DNA of 64,000 nucleotides, taken from assembly GCA_963693365.1 (NCBI GenBank), contig CAVNZM010000017.1, forward strand, positions 5,012,708 to 5,076,707. The letters run 5' to 3'. The notes beneath the pieces are model-generated. The model searched no databases and was not told the DNA's origin. It saw only the letters and a program-made list of their open reading frames with translations. The position numbers and the translations under genes are program-made. Of the stretch, positions 59,677 to 64,000 are shown one piece after another. Positions within the stretch are counted from its first letter, which is position 1. Every line of letters starts with the position of its first letter. This DNA comes from Amoebidium appalachense (taxonomy: Eukaryota; Protista; Ichthyosporea).

Positions 59677-59763
59677 AGCAATCAGGGATTCCAACATGTG
59701 CACTGCACACGCACGGTGACAAATGCAAACATACATGTACACGCACCCACACACACACACACA

Positions 59764-59828
<65 letters not shown>

Positions 59829-60033
59829 AACACACACACACAAAGTATCCCACTCATGCATTCACTACGGTTGTAATTACCGTATGTACGTAATACTATA
59901 CCACCTGCAATATATACACCTAAGCTGGAGACAGACTTTTCGTGCCCGAAATTTTGATGCATGCAGGTGGCCGGGTCGTGAGGTGCCGCCAATATGAGCC
60001 AATGTGTGCGTGCGGGGGGTTTTTTTTTTTGCT

Positions 60034-60082
<49 letters not shown>

Positions 60083-60242
60083 GTCTGCATTGGAGGCACT
60101 GCCTCAGTGGCTAAACAGACGGGTAATTGATCCCGACAGACAGCCTGTGACACATTAAAACACACACACACACACACACACACATGTACACACATGTGCT
60201 AAACGCACACACACACACATGTACACACATGTGCTAAACGCG

Positions 60243-60273
<31 letters not shown>

Positions 60274-60847
60274 AGTCAAACACATTAATTGCCACAGACA
60301 CACACCCACACACCCACACACAACCACACCAACACCCACACATGTGCACGTCCACACCCACACCCCCAAACACACAAGCCCACACCCACACCCATGCACC
60401 CACACAAATATGACACTGAACTCGATGACTTGAAATGATCTCCTTTTTTAGGCACCACGAGCGCCATACAAAGGATTCAGTAATCCCGGGGAAACATAGC
60501 CTTCTTTAAGGAGGGTTTACTACCACGGACCTACATTGAACAGATGCATTATAAAATCATACTCAGCAAATTCTAGGAGATGTAGTACCTTCACACCATA
60601 TCCAGAAAAACAAACATGGAAACTCAAACACGTCATTTCACTGTTGATCAATTCCATTACTCAAACATGTCATTTCACTGTTGATCAATTTTATTTATCA
60701 TCAGCCCTCGTTCCTCCGCAAAATCTATCTTGGGGCATACAGACAATTATCGAAAACTACAGGCGCCCTTCTCCCTGCTCCCGCTGTTTACAACTACCAA
60801 ATGTTATTTTAACTGTTTACGCAGTCAAAAACACTGAAAAGCCCCTT

Positions 60848-60894
<47 letters not shown>

Positions 60895-61008
60895 CAAAAA
60901 GGAGCTACGGAGATGTGCAGAAACGCATGTAGGTTTTGTTTTAAACACGAAGTTACTGAAGATGAAAAACACGGCGGCATCAACACTTTGCTTCTCGTGT
61001 TTTCGTGT

Positions 61009-62233
61009 TTAGGCTTCTCTGCGCACGATGGACAGCTCGATCATGCCGTCTCCCACCTGGGGGGGGAGGGGGGGGGGGGGGGGGATGGGGGTTTAGATTC
61101 GCCAAAGAATATGGAGGACATATTTATAACGTACAACACAATGCTGAATGCAAACCGCATGCAAATAATTTGAACGAGTATGCAAAACAAGCAGAGCTTA
61201 TTCTCAGGGACCGTCCAAGGCATCCACAGTACCCGAGTTTCGACCCATGCTCAACCCCCCCCCCCCCCTCCCCCCCCCTAGCGGGGGTGTTAGAATGCAG
61301 GCAAACAATCATTTTTGTCCCAACTCATGCACAAATAGACCATCGGAAGTAGAGGAGCCGTGGTGTGTAATATGCATAGAGCAGGCAGCTTGAGTGCAGG
61401 ATAAAAAAAACAAACAAGCAAAACAAACAAACAAACAAACAAACAAAGAAACAAACAAAAACAGCACTACACTGGATTGTGTGTGCGCGCGCCGCGCTGA
61501 GGAGGAGGCGATTTTAGAGAGCGGAACACGGCACTATGGACAACTACACGATGAGAAACACGGTGCAGGACACGAGCAAAGGCAAACATTCAAGTACACA
61601 ACATCTGCAACACGGGCAGTATGCTGCATAAGCGAACAGGGCGGGGGGGGGGGGGGGGAGGGGGAGGGGGGGGGGGGGGGGGGTTTGAATGCGTCAAAAA
61701 GTACGAAGTACACAAGAACAAACGGATAACACGATGCAGAATGCAAGCCATACATAAAGAGTATGCATAATAAGCAGAGCCCATCCTCAGGGGGGGCCCA
61801 CGTCATCCACAGTACCCGAGTTTCGACCTATTCCCGGGGGGGGGGGATTTCTCCGTCCGTTTTGTTTGTGTGCTTGCATCAGTGTGCATGTGCACGCATG
61901 GATGTTCATGCAGGTGCATGCACACGTCCTCAATTGCTGTCTATGCCGGCATAACCAAGCTATAAGTGAAGTAAGTGTTTGTTTATGCGGCAAAACGAAG
62001 CTATGAGTCAAATGTTTGTTTATGCCGGCATAACCATGCTCCTAATAGTGAAGTATGTGTATCTTTATGCCGGCATAATAATGCTAGTACTTAATGTGTC
62101 TGCTTATGCCGGCATATTTTGTTGGTACCGTACCTCGTACTCCTCCACCATGATGGGGGCAGCAGCCTGGCTGGCCGCACTCACAAACGGCTGGCCTACA
62201 GCCGCCTCAACGAATGCCTTGTACTCCGTGGCA

Positions 62234-62273
<40 letters not shown>

Positions 62274-62415
62274 TCGAAAAAAAGGGTCAAAAGATTGGGG
62301 CTTTACCCCCCCCCCCCCCCCCCCCCCTACACACACACACCAAACCTCTCCTAGAACACACACTTCGAATTTCGAAACCCCCCTCCCCCCTTCCCTTGGG
62401 CACATAATTAGAACC

Positions 62416-62456
<41 letters not shown>

Positions 62457-62771
62457 AACCCACTCTCTTCACCTTTTTCTGTTAAGCTGTCAACCACACA
62501 CACGTGAGAAAACATATGGGCCAACACCTTGTCCCCCCCCCCCCCCCCCCCCTCCCCCCAAGCCACCTTCCCCCCACATACCTATACTTTCTTGGGATAC
62601 TTTTTTATTTATTTTTTAATTTTAATATTAATACCTGGTCCAAGTTCTCCTTGTCCGTGCTCTTAGTGACCTTGAATGTGACGTACACAGTCTCCGTGGG
62701 CACAAGCTGGGCCTGGGCAGGTTGAAACCAGTCAGTAACACATCCAAATGCAAAACGTAGAGCGAGCGAGG

Positions 62772-62824
<53 letters not shown>

Positions 62825-62851
62825 CCCGCCCAACACACACACACACATGAA

Positions 62852-62940
<89 letters not shown>

Positions 62941-63703
62941 GCACAGGCACACACCCATCCACCCACTCACCCACACGCAACCTGTTGGTGGGTTTATATA
63001 TATGTGGGAGGAGGAGGAGGAGGTCAAGCAGATAGCAGGTGGTTTTGGTGTCTCGTTTCCGTGTCTTTCGTCGTGTTGAGGGTGAAACAAGGAAGAGGAG
63101 GAGGAAAGAAAGAGAGGGGGAGGGAGGGGGGGGGGGGTACCTTCTTGCGCAGCTTCTGGATGCGGTTGATGATCTCACGGGCGAGACCCTCCAGGCGCTA
63201 TAAATAGAAAACAGTCAGTGTGGAGGCACTATAAATAGAAAACGGTCAGTGTGCAGGCGCTATAAATAGAAAACAGTCAGTGTGCAGGCGCTATAAATAG
63301 AAAACAGCCAGTGTGCAGGCGCTATAAAAATCTGTGTGCAGGCACTACAAATGTCAGGGTTCCTCTCCACCGGCACCATCACCACACATACAAAAATGAC
63401 ACCTGTGCACTTTGAGGAAAATGCCCGCATACACATGGAAACACGTGCACCCCCGCCTCCTTCACTCACACAGACACCCACGCACGCACGTACACAACCA
63501 TACCCACCTGCCCCACCCAACCACACCCCCCCCCCCCCCCCCCCCCCCCCCTCCCCCCCCCACATCCCCCCTCCTCAACCCCTCAACCCTCCCCCCCCTC
63601 CCCCCCAACAACCCCTCACCCCCATCCAAAAACCCACCCACACCCACCCACCACCCACTCACTCAACCCCCTTCTCCCCCCGCCTCCCCCCCCCCCCCAA
63701 ACA

Positions 63704-63737
<34 letters not shown>

Positions 63738-63859
63738 ACACACACACATCCACGCACCATGCCCTCGTTGAATGTGGTGTCCAGCAGCACCACGACCTCG
63801 CTGTCTGCATTGGACTCGTACTTGGCATCGGCACCGGCACCCTCAAACACACGGGACAG
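61009..63859 (-). CDS. IARS1: Cytosolic isoleucyl-tRNA synthetase, last five exons (63859-63758, 63197-63141, 62712-62635, 62235-62134, 61056-61009); gene continues past the window end
   Basis: YESNADSEVVVLLDTTFNEGM|RLEGLAREIINRIQKLRKK|AQLVPTE is the eukaryotic IleRS C-terminal signature. All introns phase 0, GT-AG. Confidence 0.88.
61088..61830 (-). repeat. Cluster of intronic repeat-family modules (61088-61247, 61512-61640, 61684-61830) in the last IleRS intron
   Basis: Two heads GGTCGAAACTCGGGTACTGTGGATG; bodies match 1556-1765 and 13866-14040. Confidence 0.85.
61941..62116. repeat. Five copies of palindrome TTATGCCGGCATAA at ~37-45-bp spacing
   Basis: Copies near 61941, 61983 (decayed), 62020, 62065 and 62104. 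Confidence 0.85.
63192..63352 (-). repeat. 31-bp tandem array of duplicated acceptor + exon start in an IleRS intron
   Basis: Unit CACTGACTGTTTTCTATTTATAG|CGCCTGCA with AG at 63199, 63230, 63261, 63292, 63323 and a decayed one near 63346. Confidence 0.92.
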
Positions 63860-64000
63860 CTGCATGTCCATAAGCGTTAGTGTACGTGTACGTGTGTGAG
63901 AAAAAGAAAGAGTACGTGTGTAGGTGTGTGTGTGTGGTGGTGGTGGCGATGGTTTTTTTATTATTATTTTTTTTAATTATTTTTGTGTTTTTTTGGTTTG

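Noticed and set aside
60622-60692. 37-bp tandem duplication downstream of IleRS
   Set aside because: Simple two-copy duplication with no associated signal.
61941-62116. Palindromic repeats with spacers as a mini-CRISPR
   Set aside because: Repeat is only 14 bp and the spacers resemble one another; kept as a tandem array.

Overview
Eukaryotic nuclear DNA with GT-AG introns and the standard code, saturated with poly-C/G, (CA)n/(GT)n and (CT)n tracts; most ORF-track entries are translations of these repeats. The organism cannot be named from the sequence; the proteins look opisthokont-like. Genes reconstructed by hand: LSM14/Scd6 (-, 7 coding exons), head-to-head with a 27-exon FAN/NSMAF gene (+; GRAM/PH-BEACH-WD40); an intronless 522-aa ORF with two His clusters; RPS3A/eS1 (-, 6 exons); an intronless secreted Cys-hairpin/acidic protein; and the 3' end of cytosolic IleRS (-). 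Intergenic DNA holds LINE relics (three copies of one family), nested TIR elements and minisatellites. The most unusual signals concern intron architecture. (1) Three unrelated genes carry tandem arrays of duplicated branch point + pyrimidine tract + AG + exon-start units, and in each only the last copy opens the full conserved exon. (2) An interspersed intronic repeat family ends in a branch-point-like motif plus poly-C and sits at the acceptor in three introns. (3) Poly-C follows 15 of 26 FAN donors within 17 nt, and several acceptors have (CA)n in place of a pyrimidine tract. No transcript evidence is available, so all splice models are inferred.
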